A model generated the notes under the pieces. The model searched no databases, was not told where the DNA came from, and worked only from the letters and a program-made list of their open reading frames with translations. A stretch of 32,000 bases of DNA from Pyrobaculum aerophilum str. IM2 (GTDB lineage: Archaea > Thermoproteota > Thermoprotei > Thermoproteales > Thermoproteaceae): contig NC_003364.1 in NCBI RefSeq assembly GCF_000007225.1, positions 330,001 through 362,000 on the forward strand, written 5' to 3'. The stretch's first letter is position 1. Each line of letters opens with the position of its first letter. Made by a program: the position numbers and the translations under genes. Positions 8,828 to 16,668 of this stretch are shown here, piece after piece.

Positions 8828-8838
8828 AAAATAACTCG

Positions 8839-10269
8839 CTATGCCGATATTCGCCTTATGGCCAAGTCCATTAAGGGCTCTAAAACGGATTTTATGCTCT
8901 CAACGGCCTTCTCTCCGCATTTTTCTAGGGCCTCTCTTTTAATGTAGAGGAAGACGTGGGGGGCTCTTTTCCACGCTTCGTTCACTGCCTCTACTAGCGG
9001 GGAGATTTTAGATATTGATATGGGCCCCATAGCTGTGGATATGTAGAGGTACTCTGCGTATGGGTCAAAGCTGACGTAGGAGAAAATCACGTCCTCTGGG
9101 CTTAGCTTACAGCCCGCCACCTCTCCCAGCTCTATGTTGAGCCTCTCTACGAATTTTTTCTTAAGCCTATTTAACAAGGCCCAGTGTATGGGGCCTATTT
9201 TATCTACAGACTCGTTGACTCTAACGGGGTTTTTAAAAACTTCTATGAAGTCCTTCTCTCTCTTCCACAGAGTTATGTAATCAAGCGGTTTTCTAGACAA
9301 GAGATCTCTAAACCTCGCATCGCGTATGAAGACGGAGGTGAAGTAGTCGTCTGTGACTTTCCACACGTCTTTTTCCTCCACGTGGCCTGTGACGAAGCGG
9401 GCCAAGTCGCAGAGGTATTGGCAGATGTCGGAATCTCCTAAAGAGGAGGCACACTTCTCAATGTTATCAGCCAATATGTTGCGCGCCACCTCTGTGAAGA
9501 GGACGGTCTTGTGGTGTAAATAGACATGGCGGTAGAGATTGTAGCGAGTTATGAGATAACCCTCTAAGTTCACTCTCGCCTTTTCATTAAATCGGAAGTT
9601 GTCCCCGTCTATTTCGAGATTTTCAACAATTCTCTCGAGATCGACATATGTAAAACTAGTGCCCACAGCGGCCCCCGTGAAGTACATGTCGCGCATAATG
9701 TAGTCTAGCCTGTCGGCATCAAACACGCCTGAGAGGATTTTGTTGTACAGCTTGTACTTACCGTCGCTGTTGAATAGCAAGTTCTTAATTAAGTCGGGAT
9801 CGTAGCCGAGCTCTGAGAGTCTCGGCGATAGTTTATCCACGAGGAGCCTTGTGGTAATTTCGTGGGGCTTTTGCGCCGCGTCGAACTGGGCCACGTTAAC
9901 CTCCACACACCCCCTGACAGTTGCCATGTGTAACAACTCCCTAGTTAGTATTTCAAAAGAGTGAGAAAACGGGAGGTGTCCAATATCATGTAATAAGGCA
10001 GCGGCGCGTAAATGTCTCAGCAACTCTTCGTCCACTTCGCCGAGCAGCTGCATTATCCGCTGGCCTAATAATGTCGCTATGTGCATTACCCCCAGGCTGT
10101 GGTCAAAACGCGTGTGAGTCGCAGTGGGGTATACTAGGTATACAAATCCCAGCTGTTTAATATATCTAAGGCGTTGGATTAACGGCTCTCCGTCTATTAA
10201 TTTGACCTCCTCTTCCGTCAGCTTGATAAATCCGTGTATTGGATCTCTAATCGCTTTTTTAAACTTCAC
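8839..10269 (-). CDS. HD-domain phosphohydrolase, SAMHD1/dGTPase-like (putative dNTP triphosphohydrolase)
   Basis: IRDPIHGFIKL...LIQRLRYIKQLGFVYLVYPTATHTRFDHSLGVMH...LLHDIGHLPFSHSFE...DADRLDYIMRD carries the H..HD..D signature of this family. Start moved to GTG 10269 (VKFKKAIRDPIHG). The 51-codon ORF-track extension is Arg-rich, overlaps the divergent gene, and has no promoter. Confidence 0.75.
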   Translation of the reverse strand: MKFKKAIRDPIHGFIKLTEEEVKLIDGEPLIQRLRYIKQLGFVYLVYPTATHTRFDHSLGVMHIATLLGQRIMQLLGEVDEELLRHLRAAALLHDIGHLPFSHSFEILTRELLHMATVRGCVEVNVAQFDAAQKPHEITTRLLVDKLSPRLSELGYDPDLIKNLLFNSDGKYKLYNKILSGVFDADRLDYIMRDMYFTGAAVGTSFTYVDLERIVENLEIDGDNFRFNEKARVNLEGYLITRYNLYRHVYLHHKTVLFTEVARNILADNIEKCASSLGDSDICQYLCDLARFVTGHVEEKDVWKVTDDYFTSVFIRDARFRDLLSRKPLDYITLWKREKDFIEVFKNPVRVNESVDKIGPIHWALLNRLKKKFVERLNIELGEVAGCKLSPEDVIFSYVSFDPYAEYLYISTAMGPISISKISPLVEAVNEAWKRAPHVFLYIKREALEKCGEKAVESIKSVLEPLMDLAIRRISA

Positions 10270-10281
10270 AGAGACAACTTC

Positions 10282-10296
10282 TAAATAATTAATAAT
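10282..10296. promoter_or_regulatory. Shared central A/T box (TAAATAATTAATAAT) in the 38-bp divergent spacer
   Basis: The box centre (about 10289) is about 20 nt from GTG 10269 (minus strand) and about 19 nt from GTG 10308 (plus strand). Confidence 0.45.
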
Positions 10297-10307
10297 CTGT
10301 TGCACAT

Positions 10308-11372
10308 GTGAAAATCGCCGTAATTGGCGCAGGCCCAGCTGGCTTGTCCTTCGCCTCAAGGTATGGAGACGTAGACGTATACGAGGAACACGGCGAGGTG
10401 GGACTGCCGAGACATTGCACAAGCCTTGTCAGCGCCATCTCGGCAGAGGGGCTGGGACTGCCCAAGTCCCTAGTGCTGGTTAAGTACAGAGAATTGAGAA
10501 TTACGGACTTGGAGGGCAGGCAGATTTATTTCAACGTGCGAGGAGGGGTTTATTTAATTGACAGGCCGGGGCTTGAACAGTGGCTTGCAAGCCGTACCAG
10601 CAGATTATTACTCGGTAAAAGAGTAGTGGATTTGAAAAACGGCTATGTATACACATCAGATGGAGAGCGGCGCGGGCCTTATGATTATATAGTCTTGGCC
10701 GAGGGCTCGCTCAGAAAGTTCTCAGCGAGGTTTGGCCACGTCGTGAGGTTGCCCGGCTTGCAAGTGGACATTAAAAGCTCCGTAGATCTGCCGGGGATAA
10801 ACGTAGTGTATAACAATAAGCTGTCAAGGGCGTATTTCTCCTGGATTGTGGAGATAGACAGGGGAGTTTACAGAGTGGGGCTGGCGGACGTGTGTTGCAC
10901 AGTGGAGAAGTTGAATAAATTGGTAAAGTTGCTACGCGGGGCCCCAATTTCTAAGCCATTTGGCGGAGGAGTGTTAGCAGGCCCGCCGTTGCGGAGATTA
11001 ACTCACGGCAGATATATCACCGTAGGCGACGCGGCCGGCCTCGTGAAGCCGCTCAGCGGCGGCGGAATAATACTAGCTTTAAAAAGCGGAGCTCTTGCGG
11101 CAATGGCTTTAGACAAGGGGGATATCCAGCGTTACGAAGCGGCCACGCTGTACACGCGGCTCAGGCTTAGAGCCGCTTTTTCACTATTTAGAATTCTGTA
11201 TGGAATGAGACTAGTGGACCGCCTACTCCAAATTCTTAACGGAGGCGAATATGTGGCAGTTGATTACGACGACCACGTAAAGAGTTTACTCGTAGCGGCG
11301 TTGACAGACGCGAGGTCTATAATGGCCGCAAAGGAGGTTGCCAGATATTTAGCGAGTAAAGCGCTGTCTTAA
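10308..11372 (+). CDS. FAD-dependent oxidoreductase of the geranylgeranyl reductase family
   Basis: 354 aa. The N-terminus has a Rossmann GxGxxG (KIAVIGAGPAGL) and the later motif GDAAGLVKPLSGGGI matches the GGR-type GDAAG..P.tG.GI. Confidence 0.7.
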   Translation: MKIAVIGAGPAGLSFASRYGDVDVYEEHGEVGLPRHCTSLVSAISAEGLGLPKSLVLVKYRELRITDLEGRQIYFNVRGGVYLIDRPGLEQWLASRTSRLLLGKRVVDLKNGYVYTSDGERRGPYDYIVLAEGSLRKFSARFGHVVRLPGLQVDIKSSVDLPGINVVYNNKLSRAYFSWIVEIDRGVYRVGLADVCCTVEKLNKLVKLLRGAPISKPFGGGVLAGPPLRRLTHGRYITVGDAAGLVKPLSGGGIILALKSGALAAMALDKGDIQRYEAATLYTRLRLRAAFSLFRILYGMRLVDRLLQILNGGEYVAVDYDDHVKSLLVAALTDARSIMAAKEVARYLASKALS

Positions 11373-11447
11373 ATTACGCAAATGCGAGGCGGCCGGCGGT
11401 GTCTGTGCAACTCCATCCGCGTCGTAAGCCCTGAAAAAGGAAAAAGA

Positions 11448-11759
11448 CTACGAAACGTCGAGGCAACATGTCACTGTGCGGAGAAACCTTTTTACGTATT
11501 CCAGCACCTCCTCTTTAGTCTGCTCGTAGATCCACCTCCCCTCTTTGGTGAGCTCCACAACGCCGTCTTTAATTAAGATCTCTCTCCTCAAAAGCTCGGG
11601 CCAAACCCTCCAATCGTATTTAATACCGACTCCCTCTACGACCTTCTTAGCCAATCCATTAATCTCCTCCACAGTAGCAGGCCCTTTTATCAGTCTCTGC
11701 ATAATGACGAGGCGGAGGTATTCCCCCACTGGGCTGTAGCGTACGTACTGCACGAACAT
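11448..11759 (-). CDS. Small winged-helix-like putative DNA-binding protein
   Basis: 103 aa. LRLVIMQRLIKGPATVEEINGLAKK resembles an HTH followed by a wing. AATATATC box lies about 24 nt upstream of ATG 11759. The function is inferred only weakly. Confidence 0.35.
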   Translation of the reverse strand: MFVQYVRYSPVGEYLRLVIMQRLIKGPATVEEINGLAKKVVEGVGIKYDWRVWPELLRREILIKDGVVELTKEGRWIYEQTKEEVLEYVKRFLRTVTCCLDVS

Positions 11760-11823
11760 GGTAGATTAACGCGTTGAGGAATATATCTCCTATACGTAAA
11801 AATGGGATAGGGGGGAGAGTAAA

Positions 11824-12687
11824 TTGAAATTTATACTGGACCATCCTTCCGTGGGATATGTCGCCGTGCCAGTCGTCTCTAAGTGGCAGATAGAGGACTT
11901 GCTAACAAAGAGGGGGGAGGTCTCTTTTGACCTGGAAATAAGTAAAACTGTGGTGGAGTATAGAGGCGGCGTCGCGAGATTTCAGTACAACGGCGTGTTG
12001 TACGAAATTGAACTCGACAGCTTGCCGGAGGTGGACGAGGAGAGCTGTGAAGTATATGCGCTTATAGGCGGCGAGTGGCGCGAGCTGTCAATAGCGGCTG
12101 ACCGGTTTTATAAGCTGTGCGTATTCAACAGGGGGTGGGCTCCGACTTTAATGATAGACGGCATAACAATGCACTCCGTCTTGGAAAACCCTCTGTTGTT
12201 AACCTCCCGCAAAGTGGAGCGGGCTTGGGGGAGGGTTTTTGAGTGTTGCACCGGGCTGGGGTATACGGCTATTGAGGCCTTGAAGAAGGGAGCTAGACAC
12301 GTCATCACTGTGGAGGTGGATCCCCACGTGTTAACTCTGGCCTCGCTCAACCCGTACAGCAGGGGGCTTTGGTCCCCTGCAGTCGACGTTATCCTGGGCG
12401 ATTGCTATGCCTTTGTGCAGACAGTGCGAGACTCCTCTATTGACTTCATAATTCACGACCCCCCGAGGCTTAGCCACGCAACTCAGAGGCTTTACTCAGA
12501 GGCGCTTTACAGGGAGTTTTACAGAATCCTCAAGCGGGGCGGCGGGGTTTTTCACTACGTGAGCCAGAGCGGCACTAAATACAGGGGGCTGAACCCATAT
12601 AAAGGCGTCGCCGAGAGGCTCAGGCGGGTTGGATTCGCCGTTGAGAAAATAAAAGAGGGATACGGGATTTACGCCAGGCGGCGTTAG
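11824..12687 (+). CDS. SAM-dependent methyltransferase with an uncharacterised N-terminal domain of about 110 aa (COG2521-like archaeal MTase)
   Basis: 287 aa. Motif I is VFECCTGLGYTAIEALKKGA. An acidic post-I residue is present (TVEVD). Motif IV is FIIHDPPR, the (D/N)PP(F/Y/R) type of N-methyltransferases. TTG start with TAAAAAT centred 24 nt upstream. Confidence 0.6.
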   Translation: MKFILDHPSVGYVAVPVVSKWQIEDLLTKRGEVSFDLEISKTVVEYRGGVARFQYNGVLYEIELDSLPEVDEESCEVYALIGGEWRELSIAADRFYKLCVFNRGWAPTLMIDGITMHSVLENPLLLTSRKVERAWGRVFECCTGLGYTAIEALKKGARHVITVEVDPHVLTLASLNPYSRGLWSPAVDVILGDCYAFVQTVRDSSIDFIIHDPPRLSHATQRLYSEALYREFYRILKRGGGVFHYVSQSGTKYRGLNPYKGVAERLRRVGFAVEKIKEGYGIYARRR

Positions 12688-13706
12688 AGAATACTAGGCG
12701 TTGAGTTGAGCACCACCGCGCCGCCGTCTATATACACCATATTTTCTATGCGCACGCCGCCAACTCCCTCTATATAAACGCCGGGTTCTATTGTAATTAC
12801 ATGGCCCCGTTTTAACACGTCTTTTGACGACGGCGAAACTCTCGGCATTTCGTGCACCTCAACGCCCACGCCGTGTCCCGTGGAGTGTATAAAGTACTGG
12901 GCGAATCCGTATTCTGCCAATACGTCTCTCGCGGCTTTGTCCACTTCTGAAGCGGGCACTCCCTCTCTCGCAGCCTTTTCAGCCGCCTTCACGGCCTCGT
13001 ACACGGCGTAAACGGCGTCTTTAAGAACGGGGCTTACTCCCAGGGTTCTCGTCATGTCTGAACAGTAAACTCCTTTCTTAGCGCCGATATCAATAACTAT
13101 AGAATCGCCGGGAGATATCTTCCTGTCGCCAAACCGATAGTGTGGATACGCCCCGTTTGGCCCCGACGCCACTATTGGATCAAAGGCAATGCCATCAGCC
13201 CCCTCTTCTAAAAACCACTTAAGTATAAGCGCTGCCACGTCCCGTTCCCTAAGCCCGGCAAGTTTTATATGCGTAAGCCTCTCGTAAGTCCTCTCGGTGA
13301 TTTTAAGAGCCTCCTTAATAACTCCCAGCTCCCGCTCGTCTTTCACCGCTCTCAACTCCATAATCTCCGCCGATATGTCAACGCCCAGCTCTCTGCTGTC
13401 TGAGGCGACCCGCCCATCTAACTTCTTCGCCAAGTCTATAAAACTCGGCGCTATAACTAACTCCTCGCCGGGTCTCCTAGGCGGCACTTCCACTGCGGAA
13501 ATAGCAACAATTTTGTCCACTACCGCTACACTTCTAGCCCGGGCGTAGTCCAGCCGGGAGACGTACAGCGTCGCCTGCCCTGTCTTCAGCTCAATTACAA
13601 GCCCCACGGCGTCAGGCATCCCCACGGCATATGCCAAATTTGGCCCCCGCGTCAACACTAGGTAATCGTATTCCGAAAAAGCCCTCACCAACTTTTCCAA
13701 GTTCAT
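12684..13706 (-). CDS. Xaa-Pro dipeptidase / aminopeptidase P (peptidase family M24B)
   Basis: 340 aa. Creatinase-like N-terminal domain followed by the pita-bread core, with DIGAKKGVYCSDMTRT, HSTGHGVGVEVHE, VITIEPGVY and GVRIEN metal-ligand motifs. Confidence 0.85.
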   Translation of the reverse strand: MNLEKLVRAFSEYDYLVLTRGPNLAYAVGMPDAVGLVIELKTGQATLYVSRLDYARARSVAVVDKIVAISAVEVPPRRPGEELVIAPSFIDLAKKLDGRVASDSRELGVDISAEIMELRAVKDERELGVIKEALKITERTYERLTHIKLAGLRERDVAALILKWFLEEGADGIAFDPIVASGPNGAYPHYRFGDRKISPGDSIVIDIGAKKGVYCSDMTRTLGVSPVLKDAVYAVYEAVKAAEKAAREGVPASEVDKAARDVLAEYGFAQYFIHSTGHGVGVEVHEMPRVSPSSKDVLKRGHVITIEPGVYIEGVGGVRIENMVYIDGGAVVLNSTPSIL

Positions 13707-13728
13707 AAATTGTTGAAGTTACAACTTT

Positions 13729-14103
13729 TTAAACACCTTCGCCTAGGCGCGCTAACGGCACGGGCTTGTCATACTTCCTAACCAAGCTAAAGAAAATAAC
13801 AGAGACTGTGTCGCCGTCTCTTACCTCTCCATAAATCTCTTTCAACTCGCTCACCAGCTCTTCCCTCGATCCAAACCCCTCGGCCTCAATTACGTCTTGG
13901 CCCACTTTCTCCAGCCTCGTATAATATACTTTAGTAATAATCGCCTCGCCGTATATGTGATCGCAACAAACAATGTAAACTAGGCTGAAACGGGGACGCA
14001 CTATTCCGTACCTAACGGTAACACGTTTTTTGCCATCGAGAATGCCCTCTAAGTATTTCCTCTTAAACCTCAGATAAGGCCCGAGCTCGACGTATCTACC
14101 CAC
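13729..14103 (-). CDS. ASCH (PUA-like) domain protein
   Basis: 124 aa. LEGILDGKKRVTVRYG matches the N-terminal ASCH motif (il.GkKt.t.R), and the size is right for a small beta-barrel. Confidence 0.5.
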   Translation of the reverse strand: MGRYVELGPYLRFKRKYLEGILDGKKRVTVRYGIVRPRFSLVYIVCCDHIYGEAIITKVYYTRLEKVGQDVIEAEGFGSREELVSELKEIYGEVRDGDTVSVIFFSLVRKYDKPVPLARLGEGV

Positions 14104-14119
14104 GTTTAGGGAGCAAACC

Positions 14120-14132
14120 TTTAAAATTTTTA
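14120..14132. promoter_or_regulatory. Shared central A/T box (TTTAAAATTTTTA) in the 44-bp divergent spacer
   Basis: The box centre (about 14126) is 23 nt from ATG 14103 (minus strand) and 22 nt from GTG 14148 (plus strand). Confidence 0.5.
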
Positions 14133-14147
14133 CTTAACGGTGGGGGA

Positions 14148-14639
14148 GTGTGTGAAGTGTCTACTAGCGGAGACGCTGTGATTTTTACCGGGCCAGAGCT
14201 GGAGAGGACAATGGCATATCTCATTGCTAAACCCTTAACGGAGAGAATTGAAATAGAGGGGGAGGCCTTGCGCATTACGCCTGCGTTGCCTGAAGTCGTG
14301 GGCTCTCTGCAAGCGTTGTGTAAGTCGGACGTATCCGCTTTACTTCTCGACATCAAAGAGTCGCTTCTTCACCTCGGATGGCTAGTAGAAGGGCGAAAGG
14401 ACGTAGTGAGGATTAGGAAGAGCAGGCGGGCAGGTACATCCGGGTTCACGTCAGTAGAATACGAAAAATCCTCCAGGCGCATGACCGTCGTGACAACTCA
14501 GAAGTGTCTGGCTAATTCCCTAAGGCGTCTGGGCTTTGAAGTCGTAGAGACCAAGTATTTGGTAGAAGCCGCCAAACAAATCTCAACGCTTGTAGAGGCA
14601 ATAGAGCTAGAGGAGGCCATCTCACAAGAGGTATGTTAG
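14148..14639 (+). CDS. Hypothetical protein (163 aa)
   Basis: Long ORF with correct promoter spacing and a 7-nt overlap with the next gene. I recognise no motif. Confidence 0.4.
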   Translation: MCEVSTSGDAVIFTGPELERTMAYLIAKPLTERIEIEGEALRITPALPEVVGSLQALCKSDVSALLLDIKESLLHLGWLVEGRKDVVRIRKSRRAGTSGFTSVEYEKSSRRMTVVTTQKCLANSLRRLGFEVVETKYLVEAAKQISTLVEAIELEEAISQEVC

Positions 14640-14986
14640 AGGCCGTGCTGTTTTTCCTCCAAGTGTCAGCCCTCGCGTTAGCCGCATATGCGGGGAGGGC
14701 TAGGTTAAAGAGGCTGCTGAACGAGGCGCAAAACGGGAATTCGCCCGCGGTAGAGGAGGTAGGAGACGACTTGCCCGAGGTGGATAAGTCAATTTTAAAA
14801 CTCCTCGCAGAGAGACAAGGCGTCGTCTATCAAAGCGAGATAACAAAAGAGCTGGGGCTCCCCAAAAGCACAGTACACAAAGCCCTTAGAAGGCTAAGCG
14901 AGGGGGGATACGTCGAGATTCAGAAACGGGGGAGGTTTAATGTCGTAATTCTAAAAAGGCCTATTTCAGAGGCCTCAAGAGCTTAA
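14633..14986 (+). CDS. Membrane-anchored winged-helix (MarR/ArsR-like) protein
   Basis: 117 aa. N-terminal TM helix (LEAVLFFLQVSALALAAYAG), a linker, then ILKLLAERQGVVYQSEITKELGLPKSTVHKALRRLSEGGYVEIQKRGRFNVV, which is a classic wHTH. Confidence 0.55.
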   Translation: MLEAVLFFLQVSALALAAYAGRARLKRLLNEAQNGNSPAVEEVGDDLPEVDKSILKLLAERQGVVYQSEITKELGLPKSTVHKALRRLSEGGYVEIQKRGRFNVVILKRPISEASRA

Positions 14987-15380
14987 CCTCTCCATATTCA
15001 CGGAGGAGGTCTATCACTAATGGAATTGGATCGTCGTTTAAGCTAGCGTATCCGGCTAGCTTCACTGCATCCTCTGAGACGCGTATGAACCCTCCACCTG
15101 TCCTAATCGTAACCTCTTTAGGGCCAAAAATGACCTTAAACATTTTTCTAGCCTCGGCGAGGCGTTTGGCGACTTCCGCCGCAAGCTCTAACTGCTCCTC
15201 TGTGGGCCCCCCTCTGGGCCTTCTCTTCTTTAACTCGCTGAGCTCTTCCTTAGCAAATTCGCCCTTGACAATTCCTTTTACTTTTTCTACCACGGCCATG
15301 TCCCCCTCGTAGCCAATTACTTCTAGGTTTTCTCCGTTCCTAATTCTCGATATAACTTCATCGATAGGCGCTTTGCTCAC
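14961..15380 (-). CDS. Hypothetical protein (139 aa)
   Basis: ORF with correct spacing to the shared A/T box. It has a charged central helix. I recognise no motif. Confidence 0.4.
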   Translation of the reverse strand: MSKAPIDEVISRIRNGENLEVIGYEGDMAVVEKVKGIVKGEFAKEELSELKKRRPRGGPTEEQLELAAEVAKRLAEARKMFKVIFGPKEVTIRTGGGFIRVSEDAVKLAGYASLNDDPIPLVIDLLREYGEVKLLRPLK

Positions 15381-15390
15381 GGCTGGGAGA

Positions 15391-15407
15391 TAATTCTTAA
15401 ATAAATA
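15391..15407. promoter_or_regulatory. Shared central A/T box (TAATTCTTAAATAAATA) in the 40-bp divergent spacer
   Basis: The box centre (about 15399) is 19 nt from ATG 15380 (minus strand) and 22 nt from GTG 15421 (plus strand). Confidence 0.45.
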
Positions 15408-15420
15408 CGTTAGCCAGGAC

Positions 15421-15597
15421 GTGGACAGCGAATATTTGAGTTATCTCTTGAAATGCCCATCCTGCGGGAGGACTATGGATGTGGCTAATCAATTTCTCAG
15501 AATTGATCAATCAAGCGGGCGCAAGACCTTAGAGAGGACGTTGTACTGTAAGCAGTGCAATATAAAAATAAGGCAATACGTCCAACTCCATGAGTAG
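15421..15597 (+). CDS. Unlisted 58-aa zinc-ribbon protein
   Basis: My translation is VDSEYLSYLLKCPSCGRTMDVANQFLRIDQSSGRKTLERTLYCKQCNIKIRQYVQLHE*, with CxxC-x28-CxxC. GTG start at leaderless spacing from the A/T box. The stop overlaps ATG 15590 of the next gene by 8 nt (ATGAGTAG). It is below the length cut-off of the ORF track. Confidence 0.45.
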   Translation: MDSEYLSYLLKCPSCGRTMDVANQFLRIDQSSGRKTLERTLYCKQCNIKIRQYVQLHE

Positions 15598-16087
15598 GGC
15601 AGTTCTGTACAAGCGGTCGGAGGAGTTAAAACAACGCTTCTCTCTCTACGGGCTACTCGCCTCTGTTTTCCACCTCGTGACAATGTTAGTGGGAGGCGTG
15701 GCGTATGCGTCGAGCAACCTCCCCGTGTATCTAAGCCTAAACGCCGCCGCGGCCAGCGGCTACGGCATAGCCGTCTTCGCCCAGAGCCTCCTCGTGTTAC
15801 TATCTCTAATTATACTGGCTGTATCCGCCCTCCTCGTCTTCCTCTCCCGCGCGACGACAGCCAGGGGGGAGTTCTCCTCTTCTAACAAGCTTTTGTTTTC
15901 GGCGGTCATTACAAGCGGCTTGGCCTTCGTCTTCGCCCTATTCGCTCTGATCCCGCCTGCGTCGCAAATTATAAATGCAGTATATTACATCTTTGTTGCT
16001 ATGCAAGTAGCGTGCATAGCGCTTATTTCCTTCGCCTTAGTGCTTTTGAAATCTGTAATGGCGTATTACACGCCGAGGCGGAAATAA
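15590..16087 (+). CDS. Integral membrane protein (about 4 TM), unknown function
   Basis: 165-aa hydrophobic ORF, translationally coupled to the 58-aa zinc-ribbon ORF. Confidence 0.5.
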   Translation: MSRAVLYKRSEELKQRFSLYGLLASVFHLVTMLVGGVAYASSNLPVYLSLNAAAASGYGIAVFAQSLLVLLSLIILAVSALLVFLSRATTARGEFSSSNKLLFSAVITSGLAFVFALFALIPPASQIINAVYYIFVAMQVACIALISFALVLLKSVMAYYTPRRK

Positions 16088-16656
16088 CGGGTAGGATCTC
16101 CCGTCTTTTCAATCATAGAGAGGCTCACTACGGCGTTGAGCAAATTGTTCAGCGGCGCCTCCAATCCGGAGCAGTTGAAAACTGCGCAGAATTCTTTAAG
16201 CGGTCTGTACAGATCGATTTTGACGACGTAGGGAACTCTCACAAGCTTAGACACCACGTCGTCTCTCAACACAGAGGCGATCCACACGGGGAAAGCCCTC
16301 TCTTTCCTCTCCCTTTGAAGAAGTTTTACGAGTCCCATTAGGCTTTTTAAAAAGGCGATGCCGAGCTCTACTCTGTCGTAAGGCTCTAACATCCTGGCCA
16401 CGTGCTTGCCCAAGTCTATATAAACGTCAAGTCTGGGCTCCAGCGATTTTAAAAATCTTAAGCCGTCTATAGCGGCGTCACAACGCTCTTTATCTGGACA
16501 AAGATTACACTTATCCCCCAGCCTCTCCCTGGCGCATATAACACAAGTCTCTGTAACTCTACACATGTCAAGAGCGGGAGCGGCGAATCCACAAGACTTA
16601 CAAATAGCCACGCCTCTAGCCGCGTAGAGATTGCCCACCAGTATAAATATTGGCAT
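16066..16656 (-). CDS. Cys-rich hypothetical protein (8 Cys in the N-terminal roughly 45 aa)
   Basis: Pattern CKSC-x10-C-x5-CVIC-x8-CNLC-x5-C, followed by an alpha-helical body. Start taken at the internal ATG 16656 (MPIFILVGN...) because the 40-codon upstream extension overlaps the RimK-like gene. GTG 16611 is an alternative, so the start is uncertain. Confidence 0.45.
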   Translation of the reverse strand: MPIFILVGNLYAARGVAICKSCGFAAPALDMCRVTETCVICARERLGDKCNLCPDKERCDAAIDGLRFLKSLEPRLDVYIDLGKHVARMLEPYDRVELGIAFLKSLMGLVKLLQRERKERAFPVWIASVLRDDVVSKLVRVPYVVKIDLYRPLKEFCAVFNCSGLEAPLNNLLNAVVSLSMIEKTGDPTRYFRLGV

Positions 16657-16668
16657 ATATTTAGTTGC

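Noticed and set aside
8693-8947. 84-aa plus-strand ORF in the tyrS/HD spacer.
   Set aside because: The composition is Gly/Arg-rich and implausible. It has no promoter box and runs antisense into the HD gene's 3' end. The region is better treated as a possible RNA or non-coding spacer.
10270-10422. N-terminal extensions given by the ORF track: HD protein 10270-10422, aor 3330-3344, Cys-rich protein 16657-16776, the 255-aa version 23492-23620, rSAM 23574-23594, carS 25910-25981 and Cys-cluster protein 25623-25634.
   Set aside because: The extensions overlap divergent genes or preceding genes, have atypical composition, and lack A/T boxes. The internal starts sit 19-25 nt from a TATA-like box, and the conserved family N-termini begin there.
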